Shown: positions 18,622-27,127 of the stretch, in pieces
Position numbering within the stretch: the first letter of the stretch is position 1
How the letters are laid out: each line of letters starts with the position of its first letter
Origin: a virus
Taxonomy: Duplodnaviria > Caudoviricetes
IMG/VR virus record: IMGVR_UViG_3300013414_000359
Coordinates: 834 to 64,833 of that record
Direction: 5' to 3' (one strand)
Length of the DNA: 64,000 nt
The notes under the pieces: generated by a model
Seen by the model: the letters and a program-made list of their open reading frames with translations, nothing else
Told to the model about the DNA's origin: nothing
Database searches by the model: none
Made by a program: the position numbers and the translations under genes

Positions 18622-19981
18622 GCCCTACCCATATCAACAATATTGCATCGACAGTATCATCTACAATCGGGCAGTTGGGCTTTTTCTCGATATGGGTCTT
18701 GGCAAAACGGTTATTACCCTAACCGCAATCCACGACCTCCGATACAACCGATGGGAAGTCGCCAAACCACTGATTATCGCCCCGAAGAAAGTGGCAGAAG
18801 CGACGTGGAGTACAGAGGCGCAGAAGTGGAACCACTTAAAGATGATGAGGATTGTTCCGGTTATCGGAACTCTCCAACAGAGGCTTCGGGCTTTGGCGAC
18901 ACCGGCAGACGCCTATGTTATCAATCGGGAGAACACGCAATGGCTGGTGGAGCATTTCAAGAACGAGTGGCCGTTCGATATGGTTGTTCTTGACGAGAGT
19001 TCCAGTTTCAAGAACAGTCAGAGCAAGCGGTTCAAATCCTTGAAGCTGGTCCGAAGCAGGATTCGCCGCATCGTGGAGTTGACGGGAACCCCGTCAAGCA
19101 ACGGCTTGGAGGACTTGTGGGCACAGGTGTACTTACTGGACGGAGGCGCACGACTTGGCAAGACACTGAGCGCTTATCGGGATAAATACTTTATCCCCGG
19201 CAAGCGCAATCGGACGACGGTGTTTAATTACACCCCGAAGGACGGCAGTTTCGAGATGATAAAAAGCGCAATCAGCGACATCTGCATCAGCATGAAAGCC
19301 AGCGACTACATCTCCCTGCCAGACGTGCTTCACAACGACATTCCCGTCGTGTTGGACGCTGCGGCGCAGAAAGCCTATACCCGATTGGAGACAGAGCTGC
19401 TGTTGCAGATTGATGAAAACACCATCACGGCTGGCAGCGCAGGAGTACTTACGGGCAAGCTGCTACAGCTTTGCAACGGGGCGATTTACGATGAGAACAA
19501 AGCGGCGGTGGCAGTTCACGATTGTAAGATTGACGCTTTCCTTGAGTTGATTGAGCAGCTGAATGGGCAACACGCCCTTGTGTTCTATAACTTCCAGCAC
19601 GACCGCGACCGGCTGCTGAAAGCCCTGACGGGTACGAACCTGCGTGTCAGGGTCTATTCACAGGCAAAGGATGAGGTTGATTGGAACAACGGGGAAATCG
19701 ACATACTGCTTGCGCACCCCGCAAGCTGCGGCTACGGGTTAAACCTCCAACGAGGCGGACACCACGCCATCTGGTTTGGGCTGACTTGGAGCTTGGAGCA
19801 GTACGAGCAGGCAAATAAGCGGTTGCACCGGCAAGGGCAAGACCACCCTGTCGTAATCCACCACTTGATTGTCAAGAACGGAATGGACGAGACAGTCATC
19901 GAGGCGCTGCAAAATAAAGGCGATATGCAGAACGCCCTGATGGACGCCTTGAAGGTCAAAATTCGCCAGTTGCACCGTTAA
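18611..19981 (+). CDS. SNF2-like (DEAD/DEAH) helicase
   Basis: LDMGLGKT, VVLDESS, LTGTP, GYGLNLQ, QANKRLHRQGQ. Confidence 0.9.
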   Translation: MEFKPYPYQQYCIDSIIYNRAVGLFLDMGLGKTVITLTAIHDLRYNRWEVAKPLIIAPKKVAEATWSTEAQKWNHLKMMRIVPVIGTLQQRLRALATPADAYVINRENTQWLVEHFKNEWPFDMVVLDESSSFKNSQSKRFKSLKLVRSRIRRIVELTGTPSSNGLEDLWAQVYLLDGGARLGKTLSAYRDKYFIPGKRNRTTVFNYTPKDGSFEMIKSAISDICISMKASDYISLPDVLHNDIPVVLDAAAQKAYTRLETELLLQIDENTITAGSAGVLTGKLLQLCNGAIYDENKAAVAVHDCKIDAFLELIEQLNGQHALVFYNFQHDRDRLLKALTGTNLRVRVYSQAKDEVDWNNGEIDILLAHPASCGYGLNLQRGGHHAIWFGLTWSLEQYEQANKRLHRQGQDHPVVIHHLIVKNGMDETVIEALQNKGDMQNALMDALKVKIRQLHR

Positions 19982-19999
19982 AAAAGGAAGGAAACCAAA

Positions 20000-20473
20000 A
20001 TGCAAAAAACGGAAATGCTTGAAATAGCCAAACTTGCGGCAGCGGAGGTCTTGTCCCAGCGAGACTCCATCGTCGAGGAGGAGTTCGACTCCCGATACCA
20101 CGATGTCAACCTGCTGATGAAGAACTACCGTAAGCTGAAATCGCATTACTCCCACGTTTCGCCGGAGACGTTGGAGGTCAGTTCTATATGCTCCATGCGC
20201 CGTAAAACCGGCTTGATGATGAGCCACGTTGATAAGATGCTGACGGTGTACAAGGCTTTATGCGAGGAGGCTGTCAACTCAGAAGAAGCCCGCCGGTGGG
20301 AGGCTCTTTACCTCCGCTACATCAGTGATGAGAAGATAAGCGTCGATGACATAGCTGACAGGCTGCACATAGACAAGCGGACTTTTTACCGAGACATCAA
20401 CAAGGCTATGGAGGATATGGCTGTCCTGCTGTTCGGCATCGAGGCTATCGGCACTTGGAAACGCCGCAGGTAA
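20000..20473 (+). CDS. Sigma-region-4-like/ArpU-type transcriptional regulator (candidate late activator)
   Basis: C-terminal HTH SVDDIADRLHIDKRTFYRDINKA; last gene of the replication operon. Confidence 0.7.
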   Translation: MQKTEMLEIAKLAAAEVLSQRDSIVEEEFDSRYHDVNLLMKNYRKLKSHYSHVSPETLEVSSICSMRRKTGLMMSHVDKMLTVYKALCEEAVNSEEARRWEALYLRYISDEKISVDDIADRLHIDKRTFYRDINKAMEDMAVLLFGIEAIGTWKRRR

Positions 20474-20502
20474 CAAGGCGTTCGGAAATGACAATCAGGG
20501 AC

Positions 20503-20536
20503 CCGTCAAGTGATGACAGGCCCCTGATTTTTGTTG
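20503..20536 (+). terminator. Terminator ending the replication operon
   Basis: AATCAGGG...CCCTGATT followed by TTTGTTG. Confidence 0.6.
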
Positions 20537-20587
20537 CTGAACGTGGCATTTCGAGAAAATTTTTCTGAAAAAATTTCTAAAAAGGTA

Positions 20588-20616
20588 TTGACATACTCAA
20601 CTTAAAGTGCTATAAT
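20588..20616 (+). promoter_or_regulatory. Consensus sigma-A promoter P2 (near-copy of P1)
   Basis: TTGACA-TACTCAACTTAAAGTGC-TATAAT-AAGAGTATAA. Confidence 0.85.
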
Positions 20617-20670
20617 AAGAGTATAAGGAAAACAAAGAAAAAGGAACCCGATAAGAGGAGGACAAGATAA

Positions 20671-20940
20671 ATGGATAAGCAGTGCATTCAAGAAGAAATG
20701 GAATATCGTGAGTGGCGAGAAGCTCCGCAATGGTATTGCGTAAAGACAACCTACCACCTAAGCACCGGCAAGATGGAAAGCGAAATCGTAGCCGACGAGA
20801 AAACCAACCTCGCAATCGTGATACAGCAGGTCGAGAAACCGTCGGACGGCGTGTTTGAGACGGCGAACAGCACAATCTACTACACCTACCACAGAAGCTA
20901 CGAAGAAGCAAAGCGCCAGATGATGGCGGCAAGAGCATAG
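20671..20940 (+). CDS. Hypothetical protein, first gene after P2; its stop codon lies in the att-like arm
   Basis: 89-aa ORF with RBS AGGAGG; TAG at 20938-20940 is part of ATAGGCAAAT. Confidence 0.75.
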   Translation: MDKQCIQEEMEYREWREAPQWYCVKTTYHLSTGKMESEIVADEKTNLAIVIQQVEKPSDGVFETANSTIYYTYHRSYEEAKRQMMAARA

Positions 20941-20980
20941 GCAAATACAGCAAACCATTTCACCCATATCAATTACCTCC
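20937..20980. other. Right inversion site (attL-like hybrid, inverted)
   Basis: ATAGGCAAATACAGCAAACCA TT TC ACCCAT; arm matches the attR arm at 19/21; outer part carries the RBS and ATG GGT GA of the split SleB-like gene. Confidence 0.85.
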
Positions 20981-21187
20981 TACCGCCATCTGGCGGCTTT
21001 TTCTTTGCCTGAAATCGAATTGGCTGATGAAATTCTCGCCGTTGTAGCTTGTCTCTCGGTAGTAAATACCGTCCTCAAGCCACTCCCGCCGGACACTCTC
21101 GCCGTCTCGCAGCTTTGGCAGGGCGTCTTGCGCCTCTTTTGCCAACTCTGTCGCAACAGCGAACAAAACAGCAGACGCGGCGGTCAT
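20969..21187 (-). CDS. Hypothetical protein downstream of cro
   Basis: 72-aa ORF coupled to cro (ATGA overlap); its 3' end contains the RBS for the next gene. Confidence 0.7.
   Translation of the reverse strand: MTAASAVLFAVATELAKEAQDALPKLRDGESVRREWLEDGIYYRETSYNGENFISQFDFRQRKSRQMAVGGN
20983..21006 (+). terminator. Terminator stopping the P2 transcript just past the inversion site
   Basis: CCGCCA-TC-TGGCGG-C-TTTTTCTTT. Confidence 0.6.
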
Positions 21188-21390
21188 TTCCTCTCCTCGA
21201 CGTCATCGGCAAGAAGCTCCTCGATGGTGCAGCCGTAGAGCTTTGCAAGAATAGGCAACTTATCCGCGCGAGGTCGGGCAAGCCCGCGCTCCCACTTGCT
21301 TACGGCAGATTCCTTTACACCGAGAATTTTGGCAACTTCTCGCTGGGTAGGGATAGCACCGCGGAGTCTTCGTTCCCTCATAACATTCAT
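21184..21390 (-). CDS. Cro-like XRE HTH protein
   Basis: TQREVAKILGVKESAVSKWERG...PILAKLYGCTIEELL. Confidence 0.88.
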   Translation of the reverse strand: MNVMRERRLRGAIPTQREVAKILGVKESAVSKWERGLARPRADKLPILAKLYGCTIEELLADDVEERK

Positions 21391-21441
21391 GGTATCACCT
21401 CCTCCAAGTTGTCCAGCGGCTCCAACTTTCTTTATGCTCTT

Positions 21442-21544
21442 ATTATACCACTTTATTTCTTTCTTGTCAACTACTTTTCGAGTTTTTCCGAAAAAATTTT
21501 TTAAGAGTTATCCTCTTGACAACTTGAATTAAAAGATATATAAT
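21442..21544. promoter_or_regulatory. Divergent cro/cI promoters
   Basis: Minus strand TTGACA(21470-21465)-17-TATAAT(21447-21442); plus strand TTGACA(21516-21521)-17-TATAAT(21539-21544). Confidence 0.85.
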
Positions 21545-21559
21545 TAACTTAGAGGAAAG

Positions 21560-22000
21560 GTGGTGACTCTGATGGACGACTTTGGCACGAGGCTCAAAAG
21601 GCTGCGTAGGGAGAACGACGTGACGCAAGCTGCTCTTGCGGAATACATCGGCGTGGTAGCGTCAGCGGTAGGAAAGTATGAAACCGTGGACAACGCGTAC
21701 CCCAGCGTGGAGGCTTTGATTAAGATAGCCGAGTTCTTTCATGTGAGCATAGATTTCCTGCTGCTTGGGGTCACACCCGATGCCAAGCAGTCGGGAGATA
21801 ATAATGTCAGTGGCTCGCTGTCCAACAGCTCGGTCATACAGGCGAGCCGAGGCAGTGTGGTCTACAACGGTGATGGGAGCAAAGCCCTGTCGCCCGAAGT
21901 ATTGGAACTGCTGCGAGTGTATGAAACGCTCGATGGCAGAGGACGGTTACGGCTTCTCAACTTTGCGGTTGAGTTAGAAGAAAGGAGCAAAGCAGAATGA
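21560..22000 (+). CDS. CI-like XRE repressor without an S24 peptidase domain
   Basis: RLKRLRREND VTQAALAEYIGVVASAVGKYE HTH; short helical C-terminus. Confidence 0.85.
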   Translation: MVTLMDDFGTRLKRLRRENDVTQAALAEYIGVVASAVGKYETVDNAYPSVEALIKIAEFFHVSIDFLLLGVTPDAKQSGDNNVSGSLSNSSVIQASRGSVVYNGDGSKALSPEVLELLRVYETLDGRGRLRLLNFAVELEERSKAE

Positions 22001-22431
22001 AAATGACTTTGGAAATCAAGAAGAAGTGTTCATTCTTTTGGCTGCGAGCCATTCGGAGCGCAAGGATTGACAAGTGCTGTGCAAAATGCTTTAATGCGGA
22101 CACTTTCCATGAGGTTTATGAGGGAACACGCTATAAGGACAAAGCACTTGTGGAGTTAGACATCACTCCCGACAGTCGAGCGAAAGCCTACTATCTCTGC
22201 GGCTTGAGTAACGGCTTTAAGTATGAGGAGAACACCCATGTCGCCTTTGTCCCCTGCGAGGGACAGACCATCTCGATTGAGAACGATAAGATTCGGCTTG
22301 TTATCACCGACGCCCGTCAAATTGATTTTGAGGGCTATAAGCCGAATCCCGAAGGTGAGTTCACAGAGGAGCAGCGCACCTGCCGTAACTGGATATTTGC
22401 GAACTACCTTCTGGACGGAATGCCTCTGTGA
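21997..22431 (+). CDS. Unknown Cys-rich protein, paralog 2 of 3 (between repressor and integrase)
   Basis: Same invariant motifs as 9162-9620; overlaps both neighbours by 4 nt. Confidence 0.85.
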   Translation: MKMTLEIKKKCSFFWLRAIRSARIDKCCAKCFNADTFHEVYEGTRYKDKALVELDITPDSRAKAYYLCGLSNGFKYEENTHVAFVPCEGQTISIENDKIRLVITDARQIDFEGYKPNPEGEFTEEQRTCRNWIFANYLLDGMPL

Positions 22432-23828
22432 GACGAGCCGCTATCTATATCCGCGTTTCTACTCAGGAACAGGCGCAGGAGGGTTATTCAGTCGGTGAGC
22501 AAAAAGAGCGCCTGATAGCCTACTGCAAAGCGCAGGATTGGCTGATAGCGGATATTTATGTGGACGGAGGGTACACAGGCAGCAACCTCAATCGTCCCGG
22601 CATACAGAAGCTGATGGCCGAGACAGACAAGTTTGATGTGGTGCTGGTCTACAAGCTGGACAGACTCTCCCGTTCACAGCGCGACACCCTGTATCTTATC
22701 GAGGAGATATTCTTGCCGAATAAGGTGGATTTCGTATCTATGCAGGAGAGCTTCGATACCTCCTCACCGTTCGGCAAGGCAATGATTGGTCTGCTTGCGG
22801 TATTCGCGCAGCTTGAGCGTGAGCAGATTAAGGAGCGCACCAAGATGGGGCGTATAGCGAGGGCAAAGGCGGGGCTGTATCACGGCGGTGGCAACATACC
22901 CATCGGCTATGATTACTCGGACGGGCATCTTGTGGTAAATCCATACGAGGCTGAACAGGTCAAGAAGATATTTGCGTGGTATCTTGAGGGCGCATCGTTA
23001 AAGACCATCACAGACCGTTTGCAAGAGGCTGGCTACACTAACCGTTACGGCAGCTATAGCTCGTGGTCGAGCGTCAGGAATATCCTTGAGAATGAGACCT
23101 ATTTGGGTCGCATACACTTTGGCGATGTCTTGGTCTTCGACGCGCACGAGCCGCTTGTTACGGAAGAACAGTTTAATGCAGTTCAGAAGCTGCGAGGGAA
23201 AAGGAGGGAGCGATATGGGACTTGGGCTTTCCAATCGAAACACTTGCTGACGGGTATGTTGTACTGCGGTCATTGCGGCGGTCGGTATTATCTTCGGAAC
23301 TCAGGCAAGTATTCCTATTACGCTTGCTACTCCCGAACCAAGCAGATAAAGGCTATGATTAAGGACCCCAACTGCCAGAATAAGAACTGGAAAGGACCGG
23401 AATTAGAGGCTCGCATCGACGCAAAGATTAGGGAGCTGCTTCATAATCCAGAGCTGGTGGCGGATATAGCTGCCCGCAGACCGAAAGCCGCTCCTCCCAT
23501 CGAGAATATCGCTATCGAAAAGCGCATCGCTGAAATTGACCGGCAGATAAACAAGCTGATGGGGCTGTACCAGCAGGACGAGATACCGCCAGAGCTGTTG
23601 GGCGAGCAGATAAACAAGTTGTATGGCGAAAAGACCGCCCTGCAATCCTCACTCACGCCTGTGGCAGAGCCGGAGGAGCAGCCATTCGATTTGGTACAGG
23701 CTCTGATTGCGGACGCCGTCCAAATATGGGACTTCGCTGACGAGGCGCAGAAACGGAGAATTATGCAGAGCCTCGTATCCAGAATAACCCTGACTGATGA
23801 TGACATTGACATCGAGTGGGCGTTCTGA
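22428..23828 (+). CDS. Large serine recombinase (integrase)
   Basis: IYIRVST catalytic Ser, DGGYTG, YKLDRLSR; recombinase domain; Zn ribbon CGHCG...CYS...C; coiled coil. Confidence 0.95.
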   Translation: MRRAAIYIRVSTQEQAQEGYSVGEQKERLIAYCKAQDWLIADIYVDGGYTGSNLNRPGIQKLMAETDKFDVVLVYKLDRLSRSQRDTLYLIEEIFLPNKVDFVSMQESFDTSSPFGKAMIGLLAVFAQLEREQIKERTKMGRIARAKAGLYHGGGNIPIGYDYSDGHLVVNPYEAEQVKKIFAWYLEGASLKTITDRLQEAGYTNRYGSYSSWSSVRNILENETYLGRIHFGDVLVFDAHEPLVTEEQFNAVQKLRGKRRERYGTWAFQSKHLLTGMLYCGHCGGRYYLRNSGKYSYYACYSRTKQIKAMIKDPNCQNKNWKGPELEARIDAKIRELLHNPELVADIAARRPKAAPPIENIAIEKRIAEIDRQINKLMGLYQQDEIPPELLGEQINKLYGEKTALQSSLTPVAEPEEQPFDLVQALIADAVQIWDFADEAQKRRIMQSLVSRITLTDDDIDIEWAF

Positions 23829-23837
23829 CAACAAAAA

Positions 23838-23880
23838 AAAGCCCTCGCTTGCAGGATTTAACCTACAAGCGAGGGCTTTG
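23838..23880. terminator. Bidirectional terminator between integrase and lysis operon
   Basis: AAAGCCCTCGCTTG...CAAGCGAGGGCTTT 14-bp stem with an A run on the left. Confidence 0.75.
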
Positions 23881-23882
23881 TG

Positions 23883-24047
23883 CTACCTTCGTTCTGTATG
23901 CCGTCTTTTCTCGTCCTCGGAGCATGGAGGAAACGGACAGTTTTCGCAGTCGTCAGGGTGGCAGGGCGGGTCAAGGTACCGCTTATCAGAACAGATGCTC
24001 CGAATAATAAAGACTATAAGCGCGATAAGGAGCGCGCACTGTATCAT
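23883..24047 (-). CDS. 54-aa protein with a TM segment and Cys-rich tail (not in the ORF track)
   Basis: MIQCALLIALIVFIIRSICSDKRYLDPPCHPDDCENCPFPPCSEDEKRRHTERR*; ATG overlaps the holin TGA. Confidence 0.5.
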   Translation of the reverse strand: MIQCALLIALIVFIIRSICSDKRYLDPPCHPDDCENCPFPPCSEDEKRRHTERR

Positions 24048-24580
24048 CAGTTGACCTTTTCAGCAACAGACGGCTCAGAGGTAATCTGCTGAATCGCTGT
24101 CTGTGCAATAGTAGCAGCGGTAGCGGCTGCCGTACTTGCCGCAATAGTGGTCGCCTCGGTCGAAGTGCTTTCCAGAAGCACAGGAACCGGCAGCTCGTTT
24201 TTCTGCTTGCGGACTTCCGCTTCGATGCGGGTCGTCAGATATTCTTTCATATCGCCGTATGCCCGCTCAATAAACGCTGTAGCCGCAGGACTGATGGAGG
24301 CAATACAGGTCGTGAGGGCTTTTTGCGCTGCCTCTGCCTGTGCCTCTTTGGTGAAGCTGCCCGTCTTTTTCAGGGCATCAACATAGGTCTGGCTGGTCGT
24401 AGCCACAGCCACCGAAATTGCGTCTGCAATTTCAGAGATATAGTCCTGTTGCTTGATGCTGTCCGTCTGAGCGGCGGCTTTGTCTCGTGCCTTACGAATA
24501 AGCGTAATGGCGTAAGCCGACAGAACAGGGACGGCGGCGGTAATAACCGTCATCAGAAGTTCAGAAAGAAATTCATTCAT
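24047..24580 (-). CDS. Holin-like protein (LL-H-type)
   Basis: N-terminal TM helix, AVATTSQTYVDALKK; adjacent to the endolysin. Confidence 0.65.
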   Translation of the reverse strand: MNEFLSELLMTVITAAVPVLSAYAITLIRKARDKAAAQTDSIKQQDYISEIADAISVAVATTSQTYVDALKKTGSFTKEAQAEAAQKALTTCIASISPAATAFIERAYGDMKEYLTTRIEAEVRKQKNELPVPVLLESTSTEATTIAASTAAATAATIAQTAIQQITSEPSVAEKVN

Positions 24581-24593
24581 GGTGTTCTCCTCC

Positions 24594-26120
24594 TTATCTC
24601 AAAAGCTCGTTGACTTTGCGCTGCACAGCGGCGTAATCATATCCTGCTGCTTGCAGACGGTTCTTGCGGTCTGCTCCGTTGCCCCACTTGCCACTGATAA
24701 CCTCTTTGGCAAGCTCCTCAACAGACTTTGCCGCAGATGCGGTCTTGCTGATGTCCGCAGTATCTACCCAGCCGTACACCGTGGAGCCGCCGCCCTTTTC
24801 TGCGACGAGGTGGTACGGGTGCTTACCGCTCGGATAAACATTCGTCACCTTGGCCTTACCGGGCTTACAGGACGGACCACTCGCGGCGTTTGCGTTGGTG
24901 TAATGCTTGCTGCCGATGAAATCTACGATGTCTCCGACCTTGTATGCGCCACCGGTCTGCGTAGTCGTAGCTGCGGGGGCAGGGGCAGGAGTGGTCGGGG
25001 CAGCGGACTGACCGCCCAATCTGCGTGTAACCTCCGCCGCAATCTCGCCCAGCTTGTTGTAGAGGAAATCGCCGGGACAGGCTTTGCTGGCAAACCAACA
25101 GTGAACGGTAATCTTCATCTCGTCAGCTTTCGGCTGATACGCCACAGTCTTTTTGGCATCTCCAAACCACAGCAGCGTCTTCTTGCCGTAACGACGGCAA
25201 ATATCCGTCATCAAGTCAATCGTCGCCGCAATCGCCGCATCGGTCATAGCGTAAGGTGCTTTCGTATCGCTGGCAATTTCGATTGTGATAGCTTGCTGGT
25301 CGTTCATACTGCCGGTAAAACCGTTGACGTTCTTATCCCCGCCGGTAGTCCAAGCGCGGTCTTTTTCCTCCACGCTCAAGCCTTTGCTGCCGTCTTTGCC
25401 GATGACATAGTTTGCGGAGCATTCGCGGTCGGTGGTAGCGAAGTAATCACAGCCCTGCTTTGCTGTCCACTGCCCGACGATACAGTGGGGTGTGATGGTG
25501 TCTACGTCTTTCTTGCGCGGGCTTGTCTTGTTCTTTGAAATTCTCGTATAGGTTATGAGGCTGCTGTTGCTCATTTTGGTTCCTCCGTTTCCAGACCCGC
25601 TTGGGGTCTTCGCATACTTGTCATAATAGGTCTGACCGTAGCCAGCCCTGCGGGTCTTTGCTGTGTCGCTCTGGTCTGCGGGGCGTTCAAAATTCAGAAG
25701 AACACTGTCGCTGGCAGCCTTTACGCTGGTCGTGGTCTTGAGGGTATTCAGAACACTCTTATAGCCCTCCGACAGCTCCTTGAATAAGAAATCAAGCTGC
25801 GTTTCCAAGTCACCGATAGACTTGCCCGCAGTCCTTGCAAACTCAAGCATATTCTGTTTTCGGCTCCAATAAGTCCACTGTGCGAGGCCGTACCCCGCGC
25901 TGTCGTGGACGAAATTGGTGTAAGAGCCGTTGTCCACAGCGGCGGTATAGCTGGCGTCCGTATACCCCAGCTTGCTCTCGTAGGTGTTCTGTAGGTTTGT
26001 CGGACTCAGCCCGCTCTCGGCATAGAGGTTTCCCATCAGACCGGCAGCACCGGCTTTGCTCAAACCCTTGTCGATGAGGTAGTTCCAAATCCTCTCCTCA
26101 TTCGTTGTTCCTTTAAGCAT
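24594..26120 (-). CDS. Endolysin: tail-lysozyme-like + amidase_2 + SH3-like + Cpl-7 (CW_7) domains
   Basis: GLMGNLYAES...GYGLAQWT; ITPHC...SANYVI...TIEIAS...HCWF..KACPG; EELAKEVISGKWGNGADRKNRL. Confidence 0.88.
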   Translation of the reverse strand: MLKGTTNEERIWNYLIDKGLSKAGAAGLMGNLYAESGLSPTNLQNTYESKLGYTDASYTAAVDNGSYTNFVHDSAGYGLAQWTYWSRKQNMLEFARTAGKSIGDLETQLDFLFKELSEGYKSVLNTLKTTTSVKAASDSVLLNFERPADQSDTAKTRRAGYGQTYYDKYAKTPSGSGNGGTKMSNSSLITYTRISKNKTSPRKKDVDTITPHCIVGQWTAKQGCDYFATTDRECSANYVIGKDGSKGLSVEEKDRAWTTGGDKNVNGFTGSMNDQQAITIEIASDTKAPYAMTDAAIAATIDLMTDICRRYGKKTLLWFGDAKKTVAYQPKADEMKITVHCWFASKACPGDFLYNKLGEIAAEVTRRLGGQSAAPTTPAPAPAATTTQTGGAYKVGDIVDFIGSKHYTNANAASGPSCKPGKAKVTNVYPSGKHPYHLVAEKGGGSTVYGWVDTADISKTASAAKSVEELAKEVISGKWGNGADRKNRLQAAGYDYAAVQRKVNELLR

Positions 26121-26132
26121 TTTTGCTCCTTT

Positions 26133-26522
26133 CTACTGCTCGGACTCAGGCGGCTCCGCATCGGGAGATGGGAGCTGCTTGTCCGGCCAGTGGTTATTCT
26201 TGCTCAGATTTTCGACAGCTGACTTAATGCAATACGCCAGCACCACGCCTATAATCTCAGTAACGGCTACTTGTGAAAGGCTCTCTGCGATTTGCACCTT
26301 GTCGAGATATGCAAGGACATAGCTGCACCATACCCACGCAAAGCCATTTATGAGGCAAATCCAAATCACCTTTTTTGTGGTCTCCATCTTTTCTTTCTTG
26401 AAGCGCTTGCCGTCTGCGCCGCATCTCTTACGGCGCAGACGGCTATTAACGCATCTGACAAAAAGGAGAGCAAAGAACGCCCCCACAAGGACGGCGGCCA
26501 CGATAATCAGTACAATCTTCAT
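26133..26522 (-). CDS. Membrane protein of the lysis module (holin-like)
   Basis: Three hydrophobic segments; directly upstream of the endolysin. Confidence 0.6.
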   Translation of the reverse strand: MKIVLIIVAAVLVGAFFALLFVRCVNSRLRRKRCGADGKRFKKEKMETTKKVIWICLINGFAWVWCSYVLAYLDKVQIAESLSQVAVTEIIGVVLAYCIKSAVENLSKNNHWPDKQLPSPDAEPPESEQ

Positions 26523-26533
26523 CGCGCCCTCCT

Positions 26534-26917
26534 TTATTTGATTGGCAGTTCCATAACCTTTTTCATCAAACTGTCGAGGTTCCCGTTCCCGCCAAGCTCG
26601 TTGTGGTAGACGCTGTGCATATCTACGAGGTCTTGCCGGTCATCAAAATCGACCTCGCCATCGTCAATAAAGCTCTTGCCAAGATACTTAATGCGGTCAT
26701 GCAGGATAACCTTCTCACCGATACGGAGAGAGGTGAGGTCCTTTTCAAGCTGCTCAATGGCAGCCTGTAAGTCCTTCTGTTCAGTTTCCTGCTTGGCTTC
26801 TTCTTTATCCTCCTGTGCGGCTTTGCGGTTCAGTTTCCATGTGATGATACTCTCCGCAGCTTTAATACAAGCTGCGGCCACACCGCCGCTCAGGAGGCAA
26901 AGCAGCAATTCGTTCAT
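26534..26917 (-). CDS. Lysis-region protein with N-terminal TM and coiled coil
   Basis: MNELLLCLLSGGVAAA...LHDRI...YHNELGGNG. Confidence 0.6.
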   Translation of the reverse strand: MNELLLCLLSGGVAAACIKAAESIITWKLNRKAAQEDKEEAKQETEQKDLQAAIEQLEKDLTSLRIGEKVILHDRIKYLGKSFIDDGEVDFDDRQDLVDMHSVYHNELGGNGNLDSLMKKVMELPIK

Positions 26918-26956
26918 ATAGCTTTCCTCCTGCAACAAATAATAAGAGAGGCGTTC

Positions 26957-27127
26957 TCACGCCTCTCCGATTTGCTCTCCGACCAGTTCCCGAAGTTGGG
27001 CGGCGAGAGCTTCATCTTCCTGCGACTGCGCCCCAAGCTGCTCAATCACAAAAGCCTGAGCCTTTATAATTTCAGCCTGTCTGACGCAAATGTCAGTTAG
27101 TTCCTCGATGAGTTCTGCTGCTGTCAT
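26957..27127 (-). CDS. Small hypothetical protein
   Basis: MTAAELIEEL...; overlaps the upstream gene by 4 nt. Confidence 0.55.
   Translation of the reverse strand: MTAAELIEELTDICVRQAEIIKAQAFVIEQLGAQSQEDEALAAQLRELVGEQIGEA

Larger units (their letters stand above)
10235..20959. other. Predicted invertible segment (~10.7 kb) carrying the whole replication module, currently in the OFF orientation
   Basis: Flanked by inverted att-like sites; the only plus-strand block among the lytic genes; inversion restores a split gene and promoter connections. Confidence 0.8.

Noticed and set aside
20758-20967. 69-aa ORF MGEMVCCICL... as a real gene
   Set aside because: It is the displaced 5' end (MGE) of the SleB-like gene reading into the inverted segment.
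23828-24047. Expected att site next to the integrase
   Set aside because: No copy of the 21-bp arm; only a terminator and a small ORF.
24044-24052. CTGATGA on the minus strand as a third hammerhead
   Set aside because: No flanking stems or GAAA/NUH geometry; it is a stop/start overlap. Other CTGATGA hits I noticed lie in CDSs without stems.
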